DNA from: Balanoglossus misakiensis
Lineage: Eukaryota; Animalia; Hemichordata
Length of the DNA: 64,000 nt
Assembly: GCA_040954595.2 (NCBI GenBank)
Contig: CM082586.2
Coordinates: 12,369,337-12,433,336 of the forward strand
Direction of reading: 5' to 3'
Part shown: positions 37,235-50,159 of the stretch, piece after piece
Layout: each line of letters opens with the position of its first letter
Numbering within the stretch: position 1 is the first letter of the stretch
Notes under the pieces: generated by a model
Database searches by the model: none
The model's input: only the letters and a program-made list of their open reading frames with translations
What the model was told of the DNA's origin: nothing
Position numbers and translations under genes: made by a program

Positions 37235-40200
37235 GTTTACAACAGATTATCAACTCGGTGCGAGATCTTGCGAGACCCGGTTAGCCATGTGAGATCTCGC
37301 AGAGTCTTATGATATTCAGAAAATGGTTGATTAGAAATGACGTTTAATGTCCTCCAAAGAATTTTCTACATGCCTGTATACTTGTCTCAGAATTATGAAG
37401 TGAATCATCTCAAGTAATTTGTTATTTTAAATGACACTGTATCACAAATACTTCACTAAAAACCTCATTTTCTTTGATCAGATGAAATAAGTGAGGAGCC
37501 TGCACGCACATCCCATCTTCTGTGCCCTGCTGGACAATCGTGTTCAGATCCAATGTAAGATCCGCTTGACTGTGGCAATGGTGAATATGCTATGGAAGGC
37601 GACGGCACATGCACGCCTTGTCCAGCAGGATCCAAGTGTCCAACCATGTCACCCGTAGTGGATTGTTCAACAGTTACTGGTAAGTTGGGCTGCAAATCAC
37701 TCTTGTGACTTCCCTGTGTTATAGCATGACATACACAGAAAATTAAACTGTTATGCTCATTGGAGTTGATATTGTGATGCACTTTGAGAAACACAATGAT
37801 TCCACTGAAGAGGTATTGTACAGTAACACCTGTGATTACGGACATCTCTCTAATAAGGGATCGTTGGACCAAACCAATCGTTCTTTGAATTTTTTTTGTG
37901 ATAGGTTCATACTCGCTAGGTTCGGCCACGTCCTTCTGGTTATGAATGCACAACTACAAGTGTCACACAGTGCGCTACAGGGCAGTAAAGTGTTGAAGGA
38001 GGTAAGTCTTGAAATCTCTTTTCTTCTGGTCTCGATTTGAACATGGTTCCACAAGTTGTTTTCATCACTTGTAGTTTTACATATTTTTTGAGTTCAACAG
38101 CTATGCTATACATGGTGTCCTGAGAAGTCGACCAGTATGAGAAGTCGGTATCGGCCAGTACGAGAAGTCGGCCTGTGGGAGAGAACCCTGGTACTTTGTG
38201 TTATATATAACTGTTTCACTACGAAATGTTTCCTTGATGTACAGGAGCTGAGATATTTGTACAAATAGCCGATGAATTTTAAAACTGTCTGTTCACTTTG
38301 CATGTACGTCACCGGGGTACGTCAACATCAGTCACCTGCACTTCTTGCGCTGCGCCAGTAGTCAGTTCCTCGTTACGTTTGTTTGTTTGGTGTTGTCTCA
38401 AAGTATGCATATACACATACATCTTCTATGTATTTTAGTAGGCTTTGAAACAACTCCCTGTAAAGGGACAAAGTCTCTCTCTCGCTGCCCTTTTTCCATT
38501 AATAATATTTGATACAAGACACCATTTATTTATTCTAAATGTGGATATATAGTGAATCAACGTTCAACCACACACAACTTCAATCCAACTTGTAGACACG
38601 AGAGTGAAAAACTTGCCAAAATGAATAATCGTTGTTTACCATTTATTCATTTTGGCGGGATTTTTACACTCATATCCTACAAACGGGATGGAATTTGTCT
38701 GTAGTTGAATGTGGATTCTCAATATATCCACATGTAGAATAATGTGAACGGTGTCTTGTATCAAACATAATTAATGGAAAAAGGTTCGCGCGAGAGAGAC
38801 TTTGTCCCTTTAATCAGAAATGTCACAGGAATTTGGCGAACAACCTAAGCTCCTTACGCGGATACGGGGCTGGGGAGCCGGTACGGATGCCAGACGCCAT
38901 TATTTGAAATGACGCCATTGTGTTGTCAAGAATTTGGGAAATCCGTCCAAATGAAAATATTTAGTGCAATTATATTTTATTAAGTGTTGTTATAAGTAAT
39001 CTGGGTCATCACTGCACTATTCGGGTACAAGTTCAACAACTGGCCGACTTCTCGTACTGGCCGACTTCTCATACGCGCGTACTGGCCGACTTCTAATCTG
39101 GCCGACTTCTCATGTATTCCTATACATTAGTGAAAATTGGGGAAACTGGTGTTTTTCAGACAACTTATGAAGTCCCTTTCGCAATATTAACTCTAAAACA
39201 GCGGGTGATATTCCTTTTAAAATTTAACCAAATAAGCATACTTGAACTCTGTCATATCGGCAAAACACTCACTACACAAGCTGCTGTTATTCTACAGACA
39301 TGACATGTGCTGATTGCGGCGTAGGTAACTACTGTCCAGATGGGTCAGACAGCCCCATTCCTTGTCCATCAAGTTATTATGCTGACACAGCCACAGAAGT
39401 ATCCTGTACCCCTTGCGATCCAGGCTGTCAGTGTGCAGCAACATCACCCACTTGCCTGCACATCAAGAACCTACTCTCTGGGACCATCAACAACATGTAC
39501 TCCCCTTCTACCAGGTTTGTAGTCGTCTTAGTCGTAAAAACATATTTCAGGTGTTGCGCACCTCGAAATAAAGGGTCGTCTGATCATGTTTAAATTAATA
39601 CTGATGATACTATGACTTCTAAACATTTAATCTATGGAATAAAAATTGGGGGTCAACCATCTAGAGTTTTGAAAAAGCGCCCTTTATCTAGCACCTCTTT
39701 CAGATTTTGCCAGGCTCGTAGATTTTTGTAAAATGGCCTCAAAAATAAGAATTTTGGGAGGTTTGTCATATTTTTTCACCATTGTAGAATCTAAATGTTC
39801 TGAATTATTTTATTTTTAGCAATTTTGAGATTGATTCATGTTCAGTATGATAATCGCATGTCAATACAACTGTTACATTAAAGGAAAAGTTCAAATCCGC
39901 CTAAAACCACATTGCATTGGTACCTAGTTAAGTTGTCCTCACTTCTGATGCAAAATTTTGATGTGCAATGCACGTGTCTGTGAAATTGACGAATAAAAAA
40001 ATTGTATACCAGTGCAAAATTAAAAACTCCCTGTGCAGCCATCTTGGCAACTGCATGCTGGGAAAAGTACTCGGATGATGACGAAAAAGTTTCGGGGTTC
40101 CGTGTAGTGCTACCCCGGAATACAATGTTGGGTGCAGACTACAACTATGGAAAAGAGATGCAGAATGTCATGTGATATAGTAGTGAAAACAAATACACGT

Positions 40201-43200
40201 TGGTTCACGTATTTCAGCTCTCAGCAATCAGGGTGCATTGAAAGGCCTTGATTGGTGTGATATTCACAATTGATTATTATAAATACTTACAGTTGTATAC
40301 TGTTTTATTTTGTAAATATTGTGTACATTTGCAGCAATGGATCCGTGCGAACACAAACCTTAACCCATGCCGCAATGCTGGTACTTGCCAAGCAATCCAG
40401 GGATCTTGTACAGGCGTCACATGTCAATGTGCTGGCTGCTACCTGGGCTTCACATGTGAAACACGTGAGTACAGTACTTTGTCATTTATTAAAAAATCTA
40501 AGTGCTGAGGTACATTGTAGTAATAATAGCAGGTGTAGTCATTATCATCATCATCATCATCATCATCTTTAAGTCAGTCATATGATCGGTAATAAAAACA
40601 GTAAAATCACCAGTATAAAAACATAACAGAGAAATAATGAACGTGTACTGGTGTTACCATAGGTAAGTGTTGTATAAAATTTTGAATTCCTGTCTTCCAG
40701 TTCCTAATCCATGCTTCACTAGTCCTTGTCTCAATGGAGGTACCTGCCAACAACAGGCAAATTCTTGTACTGCCACCATTGGCATGTGCACAGAGTGTTA
40801 CTAGGGAACCAGGTGTGAGACAAGTAAGTTTGAATCTATAGCAGTTAATAATGATAATTATCATTTTTTTTTATTATGATTTAAACTTCACTGATGTTGT
40901 ACAAACACAAAAATAGAAATAATAATAATAATAATAATAATAATAATTTATTTGTATAGCGTCAGTATCCACAAAAAATGTGATCAATGATGCTTAAAGC
41001 AAAAGTACAATACAACAAATGGCTAAAAAACAGATTTAAAAAGTAAAGTTTTAACATTTGATTTAAAAACAGATAAGTCTGGTGCCTGGCGAATGGTGAG
41101 TGGAAGATTATTCCAAAGAATTGGAGCAGCAACAGTAAAAGCACGATCACCATAACTCTTGGTGCGTGATCGAACAGGGCAGAGTTTGAACTGATCAGCT
41201 GACCTTAAATTGCGACACGGAACATATAGATTAGTCATGCTAGAAAGATAGATTGGACCAAGTTTATGAATGGATTTAAAAATGAGAACTAACATCTTAA
41301 AAACAATACGCTCTGTAACAGGTAGCCAGTGCAACTGATACAAAATTGGAGTGATATGACAGGTGATTTTTGAACGAGTAACAATCAGAAAGGGATAGCA
41401 GCTTAGCTCTATTCCGTTTCCAAAGTGTTTGTTCTTTTAAACTACCTGTGCATTTTTTTTATTTATTCTGATTATGCTAATATGCTAATTTGTTGGTTTG
41501 TCACATCACAATTTTTGTAGGAAACTCACCCCTGGGAATTTTTTTCAGTCACTTACATACATTCATAATCACATGACATTGATGATCATGGAAAATTTGA
41601 CCCTTTTCCTTGTAGGACTCAACCAGTGTCCACCAAATCCGTGCCATCTGTCAACCGGCTCGAAATTCCTGCTTTGATCTCACCTGCATATGTACTGGTT
41701 GCTACAAAGGTGATAGGTGTGAGATATGTAAGTATACAGCGCAGTCTCTTTTACCTTTTGTCTCTGATGCATTCAAATACCGCATGTTTCCTGAGCATAG
41801 GTGTAGCCATCACCACAGCAGAGCTTGGAGAGTTCTTGACATCGAATGCAAGATTACACTCTTCCCAATCAAAATCACTTTCGTAGCGCATAATGTCTTG
41901 ATTGTCTTAGTTCAAGAAACATTATGCGCGACTGGCCAATTTTACTGCCTTTTGTCAATGCACATCCACTATGGAAATTCTCACTCCAGGCCAGATAGTG
42001 TAAATTTGCATATGAGTCTACAGGTATGCTTGAAGTCAAGTCAAGCATTTGCAAGGAACCCTCCTCCAGTACACAGGTCTTTGATTTCATGAAGGGAAGC
42101 CCTTGCCTCACAGTCACTGCCACATGATCTATGGAGGTGTGAACAACTTGATACCAGCCTAATATAAGTTGTAGGCACAATCACTCCACACACCCTTGCC
42201 ATAATTCTGCAAGGTTTTTGCCATATCTGTACTGTAGAATGAGTAGCAAGGAATAAAATGGCGTCCTTTCTTAATTTCCAGTGCAAAACCCCTGTGATCC
42301 CAACCATGTATGAATGGTGGATTTTGCCAGCAAACATCGTGCAATTTCTATTCATGCCAGTGTGTGAACTCTTACACAGGTGACATCTGTCAAACCATAG
42401 ACCCTAGAGAAAGAAGGACGAGCAACTGCGGCAAAGATCAAAGGGTTTGGGGATTATCTGTATGATGATGTTCTTTTGCATATAATTAACACCCAGGACA
42501 GTTGGACAATGACTTCCTTACTTCGGCACGTGTCGACCCCACCAGTGATGCGAAAACTTGCCACCAAACTGGCACTCCTGCATTTCAGCAGCCACTGCGT
42601 TTTTTTCTAAAATTCTAAAAGTATTACGATGTCTGTGCTAATTATTATGGTTTGGTGTTCGTCTGTCGGTTGAACGGTCATTTCTAGTGCCACAAGCTTC
42701 ATTTAAAAATTGTAAACAAATCATCCATGTTTTTTGCATGTCCGACTGGGCACTCATATTTCTTGGTAACGCTAACACTTTTCTTAATAATTTTATGTTT
42801 GTGTGAAGCATTGAAATAAAAAGTGTGGTTTAGGGGCATTTTATTTCGCAGTGCGTGAACAATAAAACAGATTTCACGAAAACAATTTGTAAACAAACTG
42901 GGTGGATTTTCATGTGTGCGCTATGGCCGCCAGGCAACCCTCGGTACGGTTAGCTCACAGCCTTGTGAAATACCCGGACTGTTAGACAAAAGATGCTTGT
43001 TTTGGACGCTGTCAGACTCAGAGGTGCCAAATTCCTGTTTAACTTGTCCAGATGTGTTCCATAAATGATCGCTGCGTTCAACCACGTTGCACTTTTCTCG
43101 TCTTCTGCGAGATGTTCTAAGGTGTTTGTGACAACTTCACGCAAAACGCGAGACTTTGCGTTAGTTTATACACAGTTTATTTGCAAATTGGATTATTGGG

Positions 43201-46200
43201 ATTTACCTGGAAATAATGTATGCAAAAGAACATCATTTCAAGAAAAAACTGGAGTTGCGCGTCCTTCTTTCTCTAGTGTCCATGGTCAAACAAGTGAGTA
43301 TATACTTTCAAGACACCCTGCAAACAAACAAGCAATCTTCATTCCGTAGATCTTTAAGCATATTTATGCATTGTAAATTTTGATGTGAAACTTCAAATTT
43401 TATTGGTCTTGTTGCCAAACTTCTGAAGAAATGAGGATATTGTTTTGAAGGGTATTTTATCAGTAGATAACAAATACCATGGCCCTCCATGCAAATACCC
43501 ACATGGTAAATTAAAACTGTTGCAGGTGTATTTGATTTCCACATATGGATTACATGTGGGATAATATTGGGTGCTGGCAGTTTCAGTAAATGAACTGCTC
43601 TATTGCTGAGATAACAATAGGTTGCACTTTTTATTGCAGTCCAAGATCCATGCCAGCGAAACAGCTGTCTCAACGGGGCTGTATGTAATGCAGTGGCCAA
43701 CTCCTGCACGGCATATACCTGTGCCTGTACTGGTTGCTATGAGGGTAACCGTTGTGAAATATGTAAGTTTCTGACGTACCGTAAATGACAATCTTTTGGG
43801 CACTTTCTCTTCATAGCAATTGAATTGTGTGGTAACTTCTCATTTCTAAAATTTCCCCAAGAGAAAAGAAAGGAAAAGAAAACAGAAATTTCATTTGTAT
43901 GTCCGTGCAATTTAGGATAGGCACGAACTTGTGAGGAAGTGTACGAAGCTGGATGTTTTCATCACTCAAATATACAAGAGTTGCCTCTTGAAGACTAGTG
44001 TCTGTAGAGATAATTGTGCATGTGAGGTAATCTCTCCTAAGGTGGTGCACACATCTGAGTATTAAGTAAAAGAGACGTCCTTAATTATCCTTACTATTTG
44101 GCTTGAAAAATCAATCTTACTAGGTGTTCTGATTAGAGAGGTGTCCATGAGGTGACTACACCTGTTACTGCCAGTAGTGTTGGACTGGGGCCATCTGTGC
44201 CGTAGGTGTGTCGAATTACTGTTTTATGACACAGCGTGGTATATAAACCCTCATTTTTGGTATTCTCAATGTGATAGATGGACCCATACACCAATAAATG
44301 GGGTGGAAACATTACTAAGTTTCATCCTTTCAAAATTTGCTGATGTAGGGTCAAAATTGAGTGTGAGGTGCACGTTAAAAAGGAAAGCCTTCTGTATCAT
44401 GTTGATGGCACATTTTTTAATTGTTCAAGATTCTTACAGAAAAATCCTAGCAATAGCATCATTATGTTATTTTAAATGTACAGGTTTGAAACAAGGAATG
44501 AAGACATTGCTCACATATTTAAACGAAATGAACATCACAAGTACATGTACAAGTTTTTGACAAGCAGGTAATTGATACTTTCATTTTTGTTTTGGCAGCC
44601 ATTGATCAGTTATACTCTATGCCTTGTGAAAATGGTGGCACATGCGTTGCGCGAGACGGCTGTTTCCTGTTTGACTGTATGTGTACCGAATGCTTCACTG
44701 GTGCCACATGTACAATGCGTAAGTACAAACCAATATTATTTTATTCAATGCAAAACACTTGTTATGTATTATATAATATAAGTACGGTACACATATTAAA
44801 GCCCTGGTAACTCAAACTTTGGGCTAGCTTAATGTTATCACTATTTTTGTTTTCGGTTGCAACTGTGGTTTCTTGTCACACTCTAAAGGATTTCACAGCA
44901 TTTGGTTTTTCAAAACAGCCCTTTGGTTGTTGTCATGTATACATGTACATGACAGTGGAGTGTAGTTTGTAGATTCTGTAATTTTGACAATATCTTGACT
45001 GCACATCCCACAGCTGTCAACCAGTGTCAACCCATCCAGTGTCGGAATGGTGGAAACTGTGTGCTGACGCCCAATTGGTGTACTGAATTCACATGCTCCT
45101 GTACAAGCTGTTACTCCAGCGATTTATGTCAGACATGTGAGTGATTTTAAATTTCAGATGAAGAGGAACATAATAACATAACACATAATCGGCTTGCAGT
45201 TGGTTTCTTCCAACCTGTATCAAACAGTGAATAACGACACAATTTTGGGGAAATTTATTAAGAATGTGTGTGCCATAAAAGGGGATTGTGTATTTGACCA
45301 AACAACAACCTGCACCGTATGGTACACTAAGACACTATTACACCTGTGTCAAAATTTCATTACTTTTCTTTTGTTGAACATGGAAGAAATTTGTCACAGT
45401 GATGTTCTGTTGACCAACTGAGATTTTTACCACTCAACCCTGACTGCACAAATCTGTTTAAAGTATATGTAGTAAATATTAACTGTACACAATTTATATC
45501 ACTTTCTCTTCTGTGCACAGATTTGAATCCGTGTCAGCCCAACCCTTGTCTAAACAGTGGATTCTGCCAGCAAGTGTCCTGCACCGAGTTCAGATGCCAG
45601 AGTCCGCGCTGTTTCATCGGAACCACGTGCGCTGAACGTAAGCAAACCAGTGTCAGATTTCCCGCACAAAGTAGAAATCGCTGGGCTTTGTCATTGATAT
45701 TGTCTCAATAAAGTTGCCTGTGATTGTGCAGCTAACCAAGAGACTTATATGCACTACCGTAGCCATGATGAATATTTTCATTGACTCAAATGCTCATCAG
45801 TGTGTTGCTATTTTTCCAACCGTAAATTGAAACATCAGAAAGTTATGACATCAACTACCCCCACCCCCACCCCACCCCACCCCCAACTAGTAAATATTAT
45901 AAGATGCTGTAATTATGATAAAGATGGTAGCACCAAGCTTGGATCAAGTGGTCTTCATTATCCTTCACACATGAACATGATCACACGGATGTGCAATCTT
46001 CTGACAGTCTGCTACAGATTTCACTTCCCACTCAAGTGTGTAAGACCCTAATGTGATACTTTTCATTTCTCTCACCCTTAGCGATCAACCAGTGTCTTCT
46101 AAACCCATGTCTGAATAACGGAGTGTATCAGCCACTTCAAGGCTCCTGCTCAATCTACACCTGCAACTGTCCAACCTGCTACACTGGGCAAACATGTGTT

Positions 46201-49200
46201 ACATGTAAGTCACAAGTTTTTAGGTCCCATTGGTATGTACCATGGTACCTTATGGGATTGGTTACGTCTGTATGTATGGATGGATGGATGGATGTTTGTT
46301 CAAATGAAGATGTCATTGCCAAAATATGCAAATTAGCTGGGAAAATGTGAAATTGGTCAAAACTCAAAAACTGGACAACCACTGGTCATATTGATTTGAA
46401 AATTGGTATGCATTAACCTTATATCAACCTCATACAATCCTGTTTGTTTTGAGCTAATATTATCGATTTTTTATGCATTTTTTTGTATTTTTCCATGTTA
46501 TTGGTAAAAAGTCTTTGAAATTTAGTATGAAGCTTCCTAATGGTTGTCTAAGTAACCATAGTTTTATTCAAATTGTTGCAAAATTTGCATATCTATAATT
46601 TTGAGCAATAGTTGCCATTTTTGGTCAAAAAATGTTTTTCTTTAAAACCTCATGCCAGATTGCTTTGCAATTTGGTAGGCATATTCGTAGGGGTAACCTA
46701 AATAATATGTTGTAAAAAAATGTGATATTTGCATAAATGTGTTATCGGGGAAACTTTTGCAATTTTTGTCAAAAATTGTTTTCTCTGAAACCGCTTGTCC
46801 TATTGCATTGAACTTTGGCAGCATGTTCCTTGTAGTGATTGAAGTAAGATATTGTACAATTTTGGTGATATTTGCATATTTGTGTTTTTGCCACATTTGA
46901 ACAAATATTTTCTGTGAAACTGCTTGTTGGATTGCTTTGAAATTAGTTTTTTCTCTGATTGCTTTGAAATTTAGGATATAATTTCATAACACATACCTGT
47001 ATATGTGCAACTTTTATTCAATTCTGAGATCAGAAAGATTAAATATTTAGCGAGTTTTTTGGTAAGTTTCTTTGTTTTTGGTTAGCAAATCTTCTCCTAA
47101 ACAAATTGTCCAGTTATTTCTAAAGTTACTATTTACAAGGAGTTGTTACCTCAAACAAAGACATGTTTACATAACTTAAATAGGCCAGCTGTTACAGAGA
47201 CCACCAGCTATCAAATTTTTATTACCAGTGGCAGGTCAGTGTGTGTCTGTTCCAGGACTGACTGAAAGAAGTTGCTTCGCATGTGTGTTTGTACAGAAAA
47301 TTTTTGGTCAATTTTTTTTCTAGCACCACTTGTAAGACTGCCAGGACACATGACAGTTTATTGGGCATGTTCCTTGTTAATGTTTTTACATTCCATATTT
47401 CTACATGGTCAGATCATATCTGCTTGCAAATGTCACCTGTAATTTTTATTCTGGTGTGTCACTGTTTCCGCATAATCCTCAAATGTCATCAGATATCCGA
47501 ATGTGATGAAAACAGTGTGTTTTGAGTGTTTTTTAAATGACCTTTTGGGTTAAAAGTGGCAAAAATGGCAATTTTGTCTTGAAAGGGGTCAATAAGACTG
47601 ACTTTTTTGGAATTAGCACCATATTTTACATTGAATGGACTAGTCTAGGACTTTCCTTACCAAAAATTCTGTTTAATCTTCTGTAACATGTATACTAGAA
47701 TACATGTAGCTGCCTGATAGTTTGCCCTGTGTGTGTAATTGCTGAGTGACATAACGCATTATGTGATTGGTGCAGTCACGTAACCACCAATCAGATCGCT
47801 TGTTGTAAGGAGAACTGCACGACCTTTAACCGCATTAGCATACCTGATTTTTAGGGCTCGATATTACCTCTGAGGACGCAATATTTAAGTTGAAGTTTTT
47901 TCTTTTATCATATTAGAGCAAGAAGACTTGTTTTTTATGTAAAAGAAATAGACCCTAATATACAGAGTGCATTTTGAAACGATAGGCAGGTCCGGCCCAT
48001 AGCCTAATTCTTCATTTTTCTGTCATGCGTAGGAATTGATCAGTGCTAACAACCCATGTCAAAATGGCAGCACTTGCCAACCCTAACCTCGTGTGTGGCA
48101 TTGACGTGCACCTGCCAAGGATGCTATACTGGGGAGCGCTGTGAAAATTGTCAGTCAGTTTCTTTTCTCAAATTAATCAATATGTGTGGGACTGCTATAC
48201 ATGTATATAAAACAGAATACTGTGATGGAAAATTCTATAACTTAATGTTTCAGTGGATATATGACTTAAAGTTAGCAGGATGCAGTGAATTCAACAGAAA
48301 GTGTAATTTCCTCTTGTGTGAGCTCTGTGCGACTGTGCCAATGAAAATCTCACCACAAACAAAAATGACAGGTATACACTGTATATTAGCAGCTTTGTCT
48401 CTGTAATAGCCATAGTGTTTTGAAGTTGAAAACTTGCAACGTGTGCAGTTTTATTCACACTACAAAGGAAACATTGTTGAAACGGATTATCTGTGTACAT
48501 TGTCAAACTGTACACTTGTCGTGAGATTTATTCTCAATTATATTATATCATGCTACCGTCCTCAATTCTGATTGGACGAGAGCTAAATCCAGCGATGCTA
48601 AAATACTCAATAATGCACTGCTGGCAGTGCTAAAACGGGCTTTCTGTTTGCCACCTGGGTTTGTTCTTTAGGTTGTTGTATGTGTTTACACTCAGCATGT
48701 TTATTGTAGAACCAGGGTCGATCAGTGAGGCAACTGCTGTTTGTTCTATTTGCACTGTTACTCGAGGCCTCCTGCCATTTGATTGTTGTGCAGTGAAGCA
48801 GTATTCATCTCCCGAGCTGTCTTCCACTTTATGCACAGCTTTGACAGTTTCATCCTTGTCTACCCTATTTGCCTTGCCTTTTGATCGGCAGCATTTGGCA
48901 AAATGGTTATGTTTGCCACACTTCCTGCATGACTTACCTTTAGCTGGACATACTGAGTCATGTGGATAGGTGCCACCACAATAATAACAAGTGGACGGTC
49001 CTTTCGCTGGCTGCTGATGAGCTCTCTTTTGTTTATTTGGTTTCGGGCGTTGGTGGCGCTGTTTTCTGACCGCATTCACAGATGCCGTATCTGCACCATT
49101 ATTTTGGGTTTTCTCCTCAATCCCACTAGCCTGAACCTCTGATACCTCAAATGAATGGCTGTACTCAGTATATTCTCTAGTGTCGTCTCCTCCCGAAGAG

Positions 49201-50159
49201 CATGACGTCTGAGACGGGCTGATGTGAATCCTCGTATGATTTGTGATTTGACCTCTTGATCCTTTTTGGTGAAGTCATATATGTTTCTGCTAGGCGTTGC
49301 AAACAAGTGTGATAGGCATCAATATATTCGCCGTTGTTTTGTATGGTGTCTCTGAAGATGAATCGTTCGTATTCAATGTTCCGTTTGGGTGAGAAGTACG
49401 ATGTAAGCTTTAATTTGGCTGTTTCACAGCTCGTTCCTGTATCTGGTAGAGTATCAAAGAAGTCGGAAACTTCCTCACCTGCCCAGTGCAATAGCAGTGC
49501 ACGTTGTGGCTTGTCATCTGTAATGTTGAATGCGACAAATGCGTTTTCTACTCTAGCCATGTACTTTTTCCATCTCGTACTGGTGGTTGTCGGGTCTGAA
49601 TGAACAGGAAAACTCGGCATTGATGGCTAGCTGATTCTCCATGTTCTCCGTCCTCGTCGCCAAATATAGAATCGTGGGTGGGCAATAATGACAACACGAG
49701 ACACCAAGTCCGGCATGTAAGAGTGAGAGTGCCTAGCCTCGTTCACGCACTTTATTCATAATGACCCGAATGTTGCATTACATCATTTTACAGAATGTAT
49801 AAAGTATAGATGCTCACTAGTGTTTGGACACTACAATATACATGTGACTGCAGTGTCTTTCCAATCATGAATTTGCAAGCTGTCCTTCGGAGAAAATCTT
49901 CTGATTCTCTTTTCTGATTTGCTTTGCATATTTAACTTAATGATCTAATGTGTTGGAATTCCCTGTCTCAAATTTTTGATGATCAGTCTCTGCCCCATTG
50001 CTCATCGTCCCAACTTTCTTGTGTATTGAAAACCAGGAATCAACCAATGTGATCCCAATCTGTGCTTGAAGAGTTGTTTCTGCCAGATGACATCTGGATC
50101 ATGTGAACTGTACACATGTTTCTGTCAGAATTGTTACACTGGTGACCTTTGTGAACAAA
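35867..50159 (+). pseudogene. Most complete contiguous exon series: G1-G6 followed by E1-E12
   Basis: All six GCC-type exons and 12 EGF exons in order on the + strand; no start exon, signal peptide or terminal exon seen. Confidence 0.82.
36570..36700 (+). pseudogene. Exon G2, GCC2/GCC3-type repeat (deleted in copy 1)
   Basis: tttcag|..|gtaaac; QTSCAD(C)P(A)GNQCPNGNTVILCSAGYYSSALDKGC then degenerate; copy at 57352-57482. Confidence 0.75.

Larger units (their letters stand above)
19140..38658 (+). repeat. Tandem segmental repeat, copy 2 (19519 bp)
   Basis: Near-identical to copy 1; additionally retains ~420 bp containing exon G2 (36570-36700) that copy 1 lacks. Confidence 0.97.
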
